Assembly (NCBI GenBank): GCA_035627655.1
Contig: DASPLI010000001.1
Location: 323,355-387,354 of the forward strand
Length of the DNA: 64,000 bases
DNA from: Minisyncoccota bacterium
Lineage (GTDB): Bacteria; Patescibacteriota; Minisyncoccia; Phycocordibacterales; Phycocordibacteraceae
Direction: 5' to 3'
The translations under genes and the position numbers were made by a program. Shown here in pieces: positions 18,747 through 30,934 of this stretch (position 1 is its first letter; each line of letters starts with the position of its first letter). The notes beneath the pieces were generated by a model, which saw only the letters and a program-made list of their open reading frames with translations, was not told the origin of the DNA and did no database searches.

Positions 18747-19873
18747 TGTTTGTGCCCGTGATGCTCTGACGTTCTGTGCGGCACTTTGCCGTAGAGAAGG
18801 TATGTTGCAAGAACGGTCGTGATCGGCACGGCAAGCACGAGCCCGATACTACCCATGAGAATACGAATGATTTCGGTTGCAAACAGCTCGCTATTGATGA
18901 TGTAAGCGACGCCGGCTCCCGAGTGCTGGAAGAGGAGGAGCAGGGGAAGAGAGGCACCGACATACGCGATGGCAAGTGTGTTTACGAGTGCGCCAATATG
19001 TTCGCGTCCAACGCGCATGCCGCGCGCAAGTACCTGCTTCTTGCTGTAGTGCACGCCTGCCGCTGCCAGTTCTTCAACGGTAATCGCCTGGCCAATAGCG
19101 ATGTCGTAGAGTACTCCGAGGAGACCGATCATAATACCGCCAAAGAGCAGGCCAATCATATCGATACGGCCCTGTGTGCCGAAGTTGAGGTACGCATTCT
19201 CTTCGGTCGTGAAGCCGGTTAGTTGCGCCGCATCTATTACAAAGTACGTGGCAATGCCGGTAATGAGCACGGTTGCGAGCATGCCGAACATGGCGATCGT
19301 CGTTGTTCGGTTGAAGCCATGCGTGATGTAGGAGCCAATAACAATAATGAGAGAGGAAACGCCAATAGAAACAAGTACGGGCGAGTGTCCGAGGAAGATA
19401 TTTGGAATAAGCAAATAAAAGATGAGTACGAGGCTTCCAAGGAGGCTTGCAAGTCCTCGGATGCCCTGGATTCCTCCAAAGGCAAACAAGAGGAGCACAA
19501 ATGCGACTGCAACGCCGATCAGCACGTCCAGCCGATAGGGGTCAGCAACAGACCAGGTTTCTGCGTCAAACCCGCCAAACGCGTGACGGACATAGAACGT
19601 CTGACCTTCTTTAAGTTGTGTGTAGTCGTTTTCGATAGTGACCACCTGGCCTTTTTCCGCGCCTTCGAGCACTTCGATGCGTATCGTCTGCGTAGGAGAG
19701 GTGAGTCCGCTCCACGGTTCGACTACCTCGTCTTCGGCAAGCACTTCAAGCACCTTGGCCTTTAGGAGATGTACTTGCTCGGTAACGACTTCCTGCGCCT
19801 GGAGCGTAGACGGTGCGCATAGTGCGGCCAGGCAGCTAAGCACTATGAGCGGTTGAGCAAGCCAGCGTGCCAT
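18743..19873 (-). CDS. YibE/F family membrane protein
   Basis: GIMIGLLGVLYD, VGREHIGALVNTLAIAYVG and GSIGLVLAVPITT motifs. Confidence 0.88.
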   Translation of the reverse strand: MARWLAQPLIVLSCLAALCAPSTLQAQEVVTEQVHLLKAKVLEVLAEDEVVEPWSGLTSPTQTIRIEVLEGAEKGQVVTIENDYTQLKEGQTFYVRHAFGGFDAETWSVADPYRLDVLIGVAVAFVLLLFAFGGIQGIRGLASLLGSLVLIFYLLIPNIFLGHSPVLVSIGVSSLIIVIGSYITHGFNRTTTIAMFGMLATVLITGIATYFVIDAAQLTGFTTEENAYLNFGTQGRIDMIGLLFGGIMIGLLGVLYDIAIGQAITVEELAAAGVHYSKKQVLARGMRVGREHIGALVNTLAIAYVGASLPLLLLFQHSGAGVAYIINSELFATEIIRILMGSIGLVLAVPITTVLATYLLYGKVPHRTSEHHGHKH

Positions 19874-19953
19874 TGGGTAGAAAGTATAGCTTAAGGGGTC
19901 GCTAATCCCCGTTTGAAGTACCATCACATGCTCGCGTGCGTTACACTAAAGGC

Positions 19954-21162
19954 ATGCTGTTCTCCTATAAGGCACTTGATACTGACGGACACGAGCGGGA
20001 AGGCACCGTAGAGGCGCTTTCCATGGATATTGCCGTTACGACGCTGCAGCGCCGCGGCCTCGTCGTGTCGTCGATCGAGCCAAGCAATAAGAAGTCCATC
20101 TTGCAGATGGAGCTTGGTGTCTTTAAGTCGGTCTCAAACAAAGAGATCGTGATCGTGTCGCGCCAGATTGCGACCTTGTTTGAGGCACAGGTTTCCGCAC
20201 TGCGCGTCTTCCGCTTGCTTGCCGCAGAAGTCGACAACAAATACTTGGCAGACGTGATGACGCAGATTGCTGACGATTTGCAGGGCGGTAGTCCCATCTC
20301 CAAAGCGCTCGCGCGCCATCCAAAGGTGTTCAGCACGTTCTACGTGAACATGGTGAAGAGCGGGGAAGAGGCAGGTAAGCTCTCGGAGACGTTTGGGTAT
20401 CTCGCCGATTATCTCGATCGTACCTATGAAGTGATGAGTAAGGCACAAAACGCGCTTATCTATCCGGCGTTCGTTGTCGTCACGTTCATCGTGGTGATGA
20501 TTCTCATGCTCACGCTCGTGATTCCGAACGTCTCAAAGATTCTCGTTGAATCCGGACAGGAAATCCCGCTCTACACCAAGATCGTTATTGGGCTTTCGGA
20601 TCTGATCATCAACTTCGGTCCGTTCCTCCTCATTCTGATGGTGATCGGCGGATTCTTCGGTTATCGCACCCTCAAGACCGAGCATGGTCGCTATCTCTTT
20701 GATTCCGTGAAGCTGCAGGTTCCGTACATCGGTGATCTGTATGAAAAGCTCTACCTCTCGCGCATCGCGGACAACTTCTCGACCATGCTCGCTTCCGGCG
20801 TTCCTGTCGTTGAAGCGGTTGATATTACCGCATCAGTGGTCGGCAGCGCCGTCTACGAAGAGATTCTCAAGCAGGTCGGTGAGGACGTGAAGGGCGGCCT
20901 TTCCATCTCAGACGCGTTTCAAAAGCATGAGCAGGTGCCAGGCATCATGACGGCTATGATGAAGGTGGGCGAAGAAACGGGAGAGCTCGGTAATATTTTG
21001 AATACGCTTGCGAAATTCTATCGCCGCGAAGTAACAACTGCCGTCGACACGCTCGTTGATCTCATCGAGCCGCTCATGATTGTGTTCTTGGGTCTTGGCG
21101 TCGGTATTCTTCTCTCTGCAGTGCTTATTCCGATCTACAATCTTGCCGGTTCCATCTCGTAG
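19954..21162 (+). CDS. pilC: Type IV pilus platform protein PilC/GspF
   Basis: SGEEAGKL, ALIYPAF, VGEETGEL and LIEP motifs. Confidence 0.93.
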   Translation: MLFSYKALDTDGHEREGTVEALSMDIAVTTLQRRGLVVSSIEPSNKKSILQMELGVFKSVSNKEIVIVSRQIATLFEAQVSALRVFRLLAAEVDNKYLADVMTQIADDLQGGSPISKALARHPKVFSTFYVNMVKSGEEAGKLSETFGYLADYLDRTYEVMSKAQNALIYPAFVVVTFIVVMILMLTLVIPNVSKILVESGQEIPLYTKIVIGLSDLIINFGPFLLILMVIGGFFGYRTLKTEHGRYLFDSVKLQVPYIGDLYEKLYLSRIADNFSTMLASGVPVVEAVDITASVVGSAVYEEILKQVGEDVKGGLSISDAFQKHEQVPGIMTAMMKVGEETGELGNILNTLAKFYRREVTTAVDTLVDLIEPLMIVFLGLGVGILLSAVLIPIYNLAGSIS

Positions 21163-21254
21163 TTATCCACACACAACAAGGCATCTCAAGCAGTGTCTCG
21201 TACAATAAGGAAAGCGGATTTAATTACTAACCCGCGCTCATCTACATAACCATT

Positions 21255-21710
21255 ATGAAATTTGCATCTTCAGCAGTCGCGAAGCGGGGCTTCACCCTCA
21301 TCGAGCTCCTCGTCGTGATCGCCATTATCGGTATTCTCTCGTCTGTCGTGCTCGCATCTCTCAACACGGCACGTTCCAAGGGTACGGACGCTAAGATCCA
21401 GAGCGAAATCCGCTCGATCGCAGTGAACGCCGAGCTCTTCTACGACAGCAACAACAACAGCTACGGCACTGCCGCAACGGCATGTACCGCAACTTCAGGC
21501 ACCCTGTGGGGCAATGCAAACGTTGCACAGATCGTGACTGACCTCACGAACGCAACGTCAGCTTCAAACCCGGTCTGTAACTCTTCTGCGACCGCGTTCG
21601 CAATCTCGCACCAGATGACCGCTTCGACCACGCAGTACTTCTGCGCCGACTCAACGGGTAAAGCGGGTCTCTCTTCAACTGCGCTTGGCACCAACACGGT
21701 CTGCCCGTAA
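21255..21710 (+). CDS. Type IV pilin (probable major pilin)
   Basis: RGFTLIELLVVIAIIGILSSVVLASL class III signal; followed by its own terminator. Confidence 0.92.
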   Translation: MKFASSAVAKRGFTLIELLVVIAIIGILSSVVLASLNTARSKGTDAKIQSEIRSIAVNAELFYDSNNNSYGTAATACTATSGTLWGNANVAQIVTDLTNATSASNPVCNSSATAFAISHQMTASTTQYFCADSTGKAGLSSTALGTNTVCP

Positions 21711-21725
21711 CGCAGCTCTCCTAGC

Positions 21726-21763
21726 GAAAAACGGCACGCAACAGCGCGTGCCGTTTTTCTTTT
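21726..21763 (+). terminator. Intrinsic terminator after the pilin gene
   Basis: gaaaaacggcacgc...gcgtgccgtttttc plus T-tract. Confidence 0.8.
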
Positions 21764-21780
21764 CACGGTATGATAGATGC

Positions 21781-22518
21781 ATGTTGGTTATCGTCGCTGC
21801 GTTTGGTGCGGTTGCTGGAAGCTTCGCTGGCGTTGTTGCTGAGCGGCTGTATACCGGACAGTCATGGGGCAGGGGACGCTCTCGCTGCAACTCCTGCGCA
21901 CGCATACTCTCGCCAAGCGATCTTGTGCCAGTCGTTTCCTGGCTGGTGCACGGCGGACGGTGCCGAACGTGCGGCTCGGGCGTCCCGGTGCGCTATCTCC
22001 TTCTAGAAGGTGCGCTTGCGCTGACGTTTGCGCTTTCGTACCTGAAGCTCGGACTGTCTCTCCCGTTCTTGGTACTTGCTGTAGCGCTGTTTGTGCTTGC
22101 GGTGATCATTCTCTACGATCTGCGGCATACCGTGATACCGCAAGAAGCATCGATGCTCTTGGTTGCGCTCTCGCTCCTCTTTGCGCTCCTGACATCGGGA
22201 AGTATGCATGCGTTTGGCGGTGCACTCTTTAGCGCAGGGGTGATTGGCGGCGCGTTTGTGCTTGCGCACGTGCTCTCGCGTGGCCGCGCGATGGGGCTTG
22301 GGGACGCACCGCTCGCGTTCTCCCTTTCTCTGATTGCTGCGCCACTTGCGGTGACCGGCCTCATTTTCTCGTTCTGGATCGGTGCGCTATGCGGAATCAT
22401 CATATTGGTGAAGCGGCAGGGAGGGCCTAAAATGGGTATTGAGGTGCCTTTTGCGCCCTACCTTGCATGCGGATACTTGCTCGCTTTTTTCACCGGATGG
22501 AACCTGTTTCCGCTCTAA
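21781..22518 (+). CDS. pilD: Prepilin peptidase (A24)
   Basis: RSRCNSC, GRCRTC, YDLRH, MGLGD and VPFAPYL motifs. Confidence 0.92.
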   Translation: MLVIVAAFGAVAGSFAGVVAERLYTGQSWGRGRSRCNSCARILSPSDLVPVVSWLVHGGRCRTCGSGVPVRYLLLEGALALTFALSYLKLGLSLPFLVLAVALFVLAVIILYDLRHTVIPQEASMLLVALSLLFALLTSGSMHAFGGALFSAGVIGGAFVLAHVLSRGRAMGLGDAPLAFSLSLIAAPLAVTGLIFSFWIGALCGIIILVKRQGGPKMGIEVPFAPYLACGYLLAFFTGWNLFPL

Positions 22519-23171
22519 GGCGGGGTTTTACCCTAGTCGAGATGCTCGTGGTGCTCGCGATCATCACGGTCGTAACCACGATTACGCTTACCGGGCAGTC
22601 CGAGTTCAACCGGTCGCTTCTCCTTACCGACACTACCTATACGGTTGCACTCTCGCTTCGTGAGATGCAGACCTTAGGACTCTCCAGCCGCATTACCGGC
22701 GGCGGCGTGCAAAACGCCGGATACGGCGCTCATTTCACCACTTCGCCGGGCACGAGCTACATTTTGTTTGCTGATACGAACAAAGCGTCCCCCTCACCGC
22801 TCGCTACCTGTCCGACGGGGGGAAGTGGCACGCCGGACGCAAAGCCTGGCAACTGCGTGTACACCTCAAGCGACGAGCTCTTCCAGACCTACAACTTCAG
22901 TCGTGGATTCTACGTTTCGCGCATCTGTGGCAAGACGACTGGTTCAAGTCCCCAAACCTATTGCTCGGATGACTCTCCCGCGCTCTCTTCGCTTGATATT
23001 GTATTTGTACGGTCGAACACGACCGATGCAGTGATCACCGGCCAGCGCTCGGGATCGGTCGCGCTCAGTAGTGCACAGATCTATATCTCGTCCGCGGATA
23101 ACAGCGCACGCCGCGCCATTTGTGTCTCGCAGCTTGGTCAGGTATCGATCGCCTTTAATACATGCCCATGA
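22497..23171 (+). CDS. Minor pilin
   Basis: RRGFTLVEML N-methylation site. Confidence 0.85.
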   Translation: MEPVSALRRGFTLVEMLVVLAIITVVTTITLTGQSEFNRSLLLTDTTYTVALSLREMQTLGLSSRITGGGVQNAGYGAHFTTSPGTSYILFADTNKASPSPLATCPTGGSGTPDAKPGNCVYTSSDELFQTYNFSRGFYVSRICGKTTGSSPQTYCSDDSPALSSLDIVFVRSNTTDAVITGQRSGSVALSSAQIYISSADNSARRAICVSQLGQVSIAFNTCP

Positions 23172-23710
23172 GTACTTCGCATCGCGGTTATACCTTGCTC
23201 GAGCTCATCGTTGCGGTGGGCATCTTCAGCATTGTGATGCTTGCGGCAACCGGCGCTTATCTTTCTCTTATCCGTCTTGACCGGGAAGCGCGCGCGACCA
23301 ATGACGTGGTCAACAACCTCAGTTTCGCCGTGGATAGCATGGCGCGCGCCATTCGCACCGGAACGCAGTACAAGTGCAACAACAGCGTTGCAAGCCCCAA
23401 CTGCACGGATATTCCGGGCGGGGGCTCGCTTGGGTTTCAAGACAGCAGCGGACGCGCGATTGTGTATTCGCTTTCCAACAATCAGCTGATGGCGAGCGTC
23501 AACGGCGTATCGTTTCCGATGACCGATCCGCGCGTTTCGATCGACACGCTCTCGTTCTATGTGCGTGGGGTGGGGACGTCGACTGCAGCCCTCAAGGCGC
23601 TCGAACCGACCGTCACGTTCGTCATGAAGGGCTCTATGACGACCACATCCGGCACGACGCGCACCTTTACGCTTCAGAGCGGCGCAACCCAACGCTATCT
23701 TGAACTATGA
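23168..23710 (+). CDS. Minor pilin
   Basis: RGYTLLELIV N-methylation site. Confidence 0.85.
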   Translation: MSTSHRGYTLLELIVAVGIFSIVMLAATGAYLSLIRLDREARATNDVVNNLSFAVDSMARAIRTGTQYKCNNSVASPNCTDIPGGGSLGFQDSSGRAIVYSLSNNQLMASVNGVSFPMTDPRVSIDTLSFYVRGVGTSTAALKALEPTVTFVMKGSMTTTSGTTRTFTLQSGATQRYLEL

Positions 23711-24267
23711 GCACCTCACCTACACGCGGCTTTTCCTTGATCGAGACGTTGGTGGCCATCTCGATTCTTGCTGTTGCGCTGGTTGGTCCGTTTATTGCCG
23801 TTCGAAACGCGCTTGTCGGCTCCTATGCTGCGCGCGACCAGCTGGTTGCTGCCGCGCTTGCGCAGGAGGGAATGGAATATATTCGCAGCATTCGAGATAA
23901 CAACTATCTTGCAACGCCGCAGCGCGATTGGCTCGACGGATTTTCGGCAGCGGTGCGCGACGGCTGCTTCGGCGCTTCGCCTGAGATGGTGTGCGTTGTG
24001 GATCCGACACGTGGGGACTTCCATAGCGACTCCAACGGCATGGTCGAGCATGATTCGGTGGATGATGCGCCGTACCTTTACCTCAGCACGACCAATCTCT
24101 ATAACCAGCAGGATTCTGGAACGCGCACGCCCTTCAAGCGCACGGTACAGATGCGTACGATCGGTTCAAATAACACCGAAGTAGAAGTAACCGTCACAGT
24201 CACCTGGACGAGCGGCGGCGTTACGCGCACTTCGATCGTGACCGACACGCTCCGCGATTGGCTATGA
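23707..24267 (+). CDS. Minor pilin (PilV-like)
   Basis: RGFSLIETLVAI...A..LAQEGME pattern. Confidence 0.85.
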   Translation: MSTSPTRGFSLIETLVAISILAVALVGPFIAVRNALVGSYAARDQLVAAALAQEGMEYIRSIRDNNYLATPQRDWLDGFSAAVRDGCFGASPEMVCVVDPTRGDFHSDSNGMVEHDSVDDAPYLYLSTTNLYNQQDSGTRTPFKRTVQMRTIGSNNTEVEVTVTVTWTSGGVTRTSIVTDTLRDWL

Positions 24268-24725
24268 TGACGCATTCTCCACAACGCGGGTTCACCCTCT
24301 TAGTGGCGGTTATTCTCGCCTCGGTTGCGCTCTCAATCGGCCTTGCGCTGCTTGATATCGCGTACAAACAGGTCGTGCTCGCCTCAAGTGCGCGTCAGTC
24401 GCAAAACGCGTTTTACAACGCAGACGCGGTTCTCGAGTGCGCATTATATTGGGATCAGACGCAGAATTCGTTCCGATACACGGACACCTCTTCTTCCATA
24501 TCCATCACCTGCGGCGGACAGCCTATTACGGTGACTTTTACCAACCCTCCAAGCGGTACACGCACCCGCACCTTTACCATGCCCTGCAGCGGGGGAGGAA
24601 CTTCAGGGTCGGCAACCATCACCAAGCAGAGCGACGCGACGACTAATATCTTTGCAAGCGGCTATAACACCTGCGACGACTCCCATACGCGCCGCATCGA
24701 GCGCGGTCTCAAAGTCATCTACTAG
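24264..24725 (+). CDS. Minor pilin (PilX-like, lacks Glu5)
   Basis: RGFTLLVAV...AFYNAD pattern. Confidence 0.8.
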   Translation: MMTHSPQRGFTLLVAVILASVALSIGLALLDIAYKQVVLASSARQSQNAFYNADAVLECALYWDQTQNSFRYTDTSSSISITCGGQPITVTFTNPPSGTRTRTFTMPCSGGGTSGSATITKQSDATTNIFASGYNTCDDSHTRRIERGLKVIY

Positions 24726-24735
24726 GGTATAGTAA

Positions 24736-26763
<2,028 letters not shown>

Positions 26764-26776
26764 TACAGTGCCAGCT

Positions 26777-27067
26777 ATGGCATCCCTCGACGAGGTACGA
26801 AAGCTCGCAGAGCTCGCCCGCATCCGCATACCGGAAGACCGACTCCCGAAGCTCGCAGCTGAATTCGAGAGTATTTTGGCGTACGTAAACCAGATTGAAG
26901 AGCTTTCCGTGTCTGGCAGCACGAAGGAACTTCCAGTCGTTCGAAACGTATTTCGCGAGGACGGCGAGCCGCATGAGAAGGGAGTGCATACCGAGAAGCT
27001 TGCGGCACAGTTCCCGGAGCGCGAGGACAACTACCTTGCCGTACGGCAGATCATTTCCCATGACTAA
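26777..27067 (+). CDS. gatC: Asp/Glu-tRNA amidotransferase subunit C
   Basis: LAELARI...ILAYVNQI...NVFRED; directly upstream of gatA. Confidence 0.9.
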   Translation: MASLDEVRKLAELARIRIPEDRLPKLAAEFESILAYVNQIEELSVSGSTKELPVVRNVFREDGEPHEKGVHTEKLAAQFPEREDNYLAVRQIISHD

Positions 27068-28487
27068 ACCGTTGAACGAACTGACCATCGTGGAAGCAGG
27101 GCGCATGCTTCGAGCGAAAGAGTGCACGGTTCGCGAGCTGTGGGACGCGTGTGCGTCTGCGGCAGCCGCAAAGAACGACGAACTCAATGTCTACCTTGAG
27201 CTCTTTCCTGCGGACGAGGAAGCAATTGCGCGCGCGCAGGAACGAATCGATAGCGGAGACACATCTGCACTCTGCGGCATCCCGCTTGCGCTCAAAGACA
27301 ACATTCTTCTTGAAGGGAAGATCGCGAGTGCTGCTTCGAAGATTCTCGCCACGCATCGCGCCGTTTACGACGCGACGGTGACGAAGAAATTGAAGGAAGC
27401 AGGCGCGCTCTTTGTCGGACGAACCAATATGGACGAGTTTGCGATGGGCAGCTCGACCGAGAATTCGGCATATGGTCCCGTAAAGAATCCGCTGGATGTT
27501 ACGCGCGTTCCGGGCGGTTCCTCAGGCGGCTCGGCTGCTGCGGTTGCGGCACATATGGCACTTGGCGCGCTTGGGACTGATACAGGCGGCTCCATCAGGC
27601 AGCCGGCTGCCCACTGCGGGCTCGTGGGCCTCAAGCCGACCTATGGCGCAGTTTCTCGTTATGGACTCATTGCGCTCGGGTCCTCGCTTGACCAGGCTGG
27701 CCCGCTTGCAAAAACCGTTGAGGACGCTCGCATTATTTTTGAGACGATTCGTGGGCAAGATGCGCACGATGCAACCAGTATTAGCGAGACGACCTACCGC
27801 GTACCGGAAACGTCTGGCAAGTTGCGGATCGGCGTGCCGCGCCACTTGCTTCAAGAAGGAGTGGATGCGGATTTGCTTGCGGCGTTTGATGCGACGATTG
27901 ATACGCTCAAGGCAAACGATCACGAGATTGTTGAGATCGAGCTGCCAACCAGTCCGTATGCGCTTGCTGCCTACTATGTCATTCAACCAGCAGAAGCTTC
28001 TACGAACCTGGCCCGCTTTGATGGTATTCGCTATGGACTCAGTAAGCGCGGCGCGACGCTCACGGACGACTATGTCGCGTCTCGCACTGAAGGCTTCGGT
28101 CCGGAACCGACACGCCGCATTCTCCTTGGTACTTTCGTACTTTCTTCCGGCTACATTGACGCGTACTATCGCAAGGCAGACGCCGCACGCGACGTGCTTC
28201 GTGCTGAATACGATAAGGCGTTTGGGCGCTGCGACGTCGTTGCGTTCCCAACGACGCCGTCTCCGGCATTCCGGTTTGGCGAAAAGAGTGATCCGGTATC
28301 CATGTATCTTGAAGACGTCTTTACGGTTACTGCCGACCTTACGGGCATGCCGGCACTGTCTGTTCCTATGGGGCAGGTGACACGCGAGGGAAGCGCGCTG
28401 CCGGTTGGCATACACTTCACCGCGCCGCTTGGCGCAGATGACCGTTTGTTTGTTATTGCAAAAGAGGTGAGTGGCGAGGCGGTATAA
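27060..28487 (+). CDS. gatA: Asp/Glu-tRNA amidotransferase subunit A
   Basis: KDN, NMDEFAMGSSTE, GGSSGGS, GTDTGGSIRQPA and RFDGIRYG motifs. Confidence 0.96.
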   Translation: MTKPLNELTIVEAGRMLRAKECTVRELWDACASAAAAKNDELNVYLELFPADEEAIARAQERIDSGDTSALCGIPLALKDNILLEGKIASAASKILATHRAVYDATVTKKLKEAGALFVGRTNMDEFAMGSSTENSAYGPVKNPLDVTRVPGGSSGGSAAAVAAHMALGALGTDTGGSIRQPAAHCGLVGLKPTYGAVSRYGLIALGSSLDQAGPLAKTVEDARIIFETIRGQDAHDATSISETTYRVPETSGKLRIGVPRHLLQEGVDADLLAAFDATIDTLKANDHEIVEIELPTSPYALAAYYVIQPAEASTNLARFDGIRYGLSKRGATLTDDYVASRTEGFGPEPTRRILLGTFVLSSGYIDAYYRKADAARDVLRAEYDKAFGRCDVVAFPTTPSPAFRFGEKSDPVSMYLEDVFTVTADLTGMPALSVPMGQVTREGSALPVGIHFTAPLGADDRLFVIAKEVSGEAV

Positions 28488-28495
28488 TCTAGGGA

Positions 28496-29077
28496 ATGCA
28501 GGAGAACCCGGTTCCGTTTTTGAACATTGAGTATTTCTTCCGCCTCCTCTACGAGAGTCGCCTTCAGTTTGCTGAAGACGGAGATGTTATTGGCGCGTTT
28601 AACGCATGGGTGGCGCACGCATGGGGCGTGTTGGGTGTCGTATCATTTCTCTTCGTCGTTGCTGCCTTTTTTGTGCTTGCGTATGCAAGCATGCGGCTCT
28701 ATCAAATTAAGAAGTTTGAAGGAGAAACGAAGTATTCGACCATCAAGCCAGAGGCAGAAGAGAAGCGTAAAGATCATTCGCGCTGGGCGCATATTCAAAC
28801 GCTGATTGAGAGCGCAACGCCAAGCGATTGGCGCCAGGCAATCATTGAAGCGGACATCATGCTTGAAGAGGTACTCATGCAGGCGGGATATCCGGGCGAG
28901 TCGGTCGGAGACCGTCTCAAGATGGCGCGTTTCCAAACGCTTGATGATGCATGGGAGGCGCATAAAGTGCGAAATGAAATTGCGCACCAGGGCTCGACGT
29001 ATCACTTGGATGATAAGACGGCGTTTCGCGCCATCAAGCGATACGAGGCCGTCTTCAAAGAATTCGGAGAAATTTAG
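28496..29077 (+). CDS. Conserved hypothetical membrane protein
   Basis: One TM; WRQAIIEAD...G.S.GDRLK...AWEAHKVRNEIAH motif. Confidence 0.7.
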   Translation: MQENPVPFLNIEYFFRLLYESRLQFAEDGDVIGAFNAWVAHAWGVLGVVSFLFVVAAFFVLAYASMRLYQIKKFEGETKYSTIKPEAEEKRKDHSRWAHIQTLIESATPSDWRQAIIEADIMLEEVLMQAGYPGESVGDRLKMARFQTLDDAWEAHKVRNEIAHQGSTYHLDDKTAFRAIKRYEAVFKEFGEI

Positions 29078-29079
29078 GC

Positions 29080-29107
29080 TTGCGAGAGCCTAAAAAAAGC
29101 GTATAAT
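29080..29107 (+). promoter_or_regulatory. Promoter for tRNA-fMet
   Basis: TTGCGA-16 bp-TATAAT ending 10 nt before the tRNA. Confidence 0.7.
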
Positions 29108-29116
29108 CCAGCTAAT

Positions 29117-29187
29117 AGCGGGGTGGAGGAGAGGTACCTCGGGAGGCTCATAACCTCCAGACGCCGGTTCGATTCCGGCCCCCGCAA
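29117..29187 (+). tRNA. Initiator tRNA-fMet(CAT)
   Basis: CAT anticodon, unpaired 1:72 (A:A), A11-U24 pair, GGTTCGATTCC T-arm. Confidence 0.88.
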
Positions 29188-29199
29188 CACGATTGTGAT
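29184..29199 (+). repeat. 16 bp direct repeat copy 1 (GCAACACGATTGTGAT), overlapping the tRNA-fMet 3' end
   Basis: Identical to 30935-30950. Confidence 0.8.
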
Positions 29200-29311
29200 A
29201 GTGGAACTTAGACCAGTGCGCCTCAAAAGGCAGTTCAGTACCGGTTCGGGTCAAGTCTACAAAAGCCGCGTCTCGCGGCTTTTGTGGTATAAGGCAAGCT
29301 ATACTTATTTC

Positions 29312-30784
29312 ATGAATCTCCTTAAAAACAGCTACGCGCTCGGTGTCCTGATGGTGATCGCAGAACTCCTCATCAACAACATTCTTCTCGCGGCGAGGCT
29401 CCCGCACATTTCCGGCATCATACTCGCGATTTTTGCTGGTTCTATATATTCCGCTTATCACAAGGAGAAAATGCCTTTCAAGGAGCGGGTAAAGACGCTT
29501 GCGACCTATCTTGTTCTGGCCGGAGTCGCGGGAATCTTTGCTGTGTTTACCGGCGTAGGCGCGTCTGCTCCGGGGCTAGCAATAGCAATCATGCTCGGTA
29601 TGTTGGTTCTCTACGCGATATTTATGTATTTCATGCTCGGCGTAGGTAGTTCCGGATACATGACTGCGTATGAGAAGCAGCAGGCCGCTATAGCCGCACA
29701 ACAGCCAGTTTCGGAACAGAACCCATTGACACCTATTCCAAACGCCAAGGAGTTTCAAAATAAGCATCCAAAAATTGCAATAATTCTTGCGCTTATAGGA
29801 TGTACGGCTTTGTTTGTTGGAGGTGTCTTTATCGTCATGGACCCGCTCTTTGAAGCCAACATAAGGTTTGTTATGGGTGGTTTATCAGCACTTATAGCGC
29901 TTACGATTGTCGGCGCTCTTTGGAGAGTTTTTGGAAAAAAGATTTGGACTGCTGTTGTAGGTACCGTTGTGCTAGCGCTCATTGTCTTAGGTGTGCATAT
30001 GCATATAGCGAACCTGCCCGCGCCCGCCGCCGGAGTAGATAAAATGATGATTGCATATCAAGAAGTAGCGTTGAGGTGTGTCGAAAAAGGAGCAGATTTG
30101 CGAGGAAAGCTTTCAGGCTGGAATCGAGGAATGCCACAAGTTGAGAGCGCAATTTGTTCCCAAGAGTCTAGCTGGAAAATGCTGCCTGCTGGTTGGAAAT
30201 ACATCAAAATCCTTGATGCAGACGTAAGCGACGGAACTTTCACTTTTGGAGCGCACAGCAGAGCAGGCGACTTTATTATCTGTGGCGAAAAATGGTGCGT
30301 ACACAGGGACGCAAAAGGAGAGGACACTATCCTCTCAACAGTACCCAGCCCTCTTTCTGCAACCATTACGCTTCCTGAAAGTAAAAGCGTGCATCAGGGT
30401 GAAGAAGTTGAAGTCGCACAGATGACCCTGATCAACTCTACCGACAAACCAGTTGACCTGCGCGCGTTCTGGTACAAGAAGAGCGGCACGGCATCTAACA
30501 GCGCGATAGAAATGGTGCATATCGTCGAAGGCGACAACACACGCGGCATGAACTTCATGCATTATCTCGGTCGCTCCACTAGCGACATGGTTTATTTCGA
30601 CGAGCCGGGCATGTTCAAGCTCGAACCCGGACAGAGCCGTACTTATAGCGTGCAGATTGAGCTGAATAGCAATATGCCTCTCGAAATCGGAAAGACTATC
30701 GGACTTGATTTTGTCGGCTTCTCGCATGACCCGCAAGTGGAGGGTATGCCTGCGTCGGGAGCGATTCATACTATTCAGCAATAA
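29312..30784 (+). CDS. Multi-TM membrane protein with extracytoplasmic C-terminal domains
   Basis: Long ORF with ~7 hydrophobic segments, a Cys-containing middle domain and a beta-rich C-terminus. Confidence 0.7.
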   Translation: MNLLKNSYALGVLMVIAELLINNILLAARLPHISGIILAIFAGSIYSAYHKEKMPFKERVKTLATYLVLAGVAGIFAVFTGVGASAPGLAIAIMLGMLVLYAIFMYFMLGVGSSGYMTAYEKQQAAIAAQQPVSEQNPLTPIPNAKEFQNKHPKIAIILALIGCTALFVGGVFIVMDPLFEANIRFVMGGLSALIALTIVGALWRVFGKKIWTAVVGTVVLALIVLGVHMHIANLPAPAAGVDKMMIAYQEVALRCVEKGADLRGKLSGWNRGMPQVESAICSQESSWKMLPAGWKYIKILDADVSDGTFTFGAHSRAGDFIICGEKWCVHRDAKGEDTILSTVPSPLSATITLPESKSVHQGEEVEVAQMTLINSTDKPVDLRAFWYKKSGTASNSAIEMVHIVEGDNTRGMNFMHYLGRSTSDMVYFDEPGMFKLEPGQSRTYSVQIELNSNMPLEIGKTIGLDFVGFSHDPQVEGMPASGAIHTIQQ

Positions 30785-30934
30785 CTGGTTCTATACCGGC
30801 CCGCCCCTAAATCGCCCGAAAGCTGATAAATCTCTTCAAAAGCTATCCAGACCGGTCCCCGTCGCCCGAACCCTTAAAGTCGTCTCTAAAGAACCCTTAG
30901 AACCTCTCGATTTCCAGGTTCAGTACCGGTGCGG

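Noticed and set aside
29123-29311. N-terminal extension of the 553-aa ORF
   Set aside because: It overlaps tRNA-fMet; the true start is likely 29312, matching the paralog at 18336.
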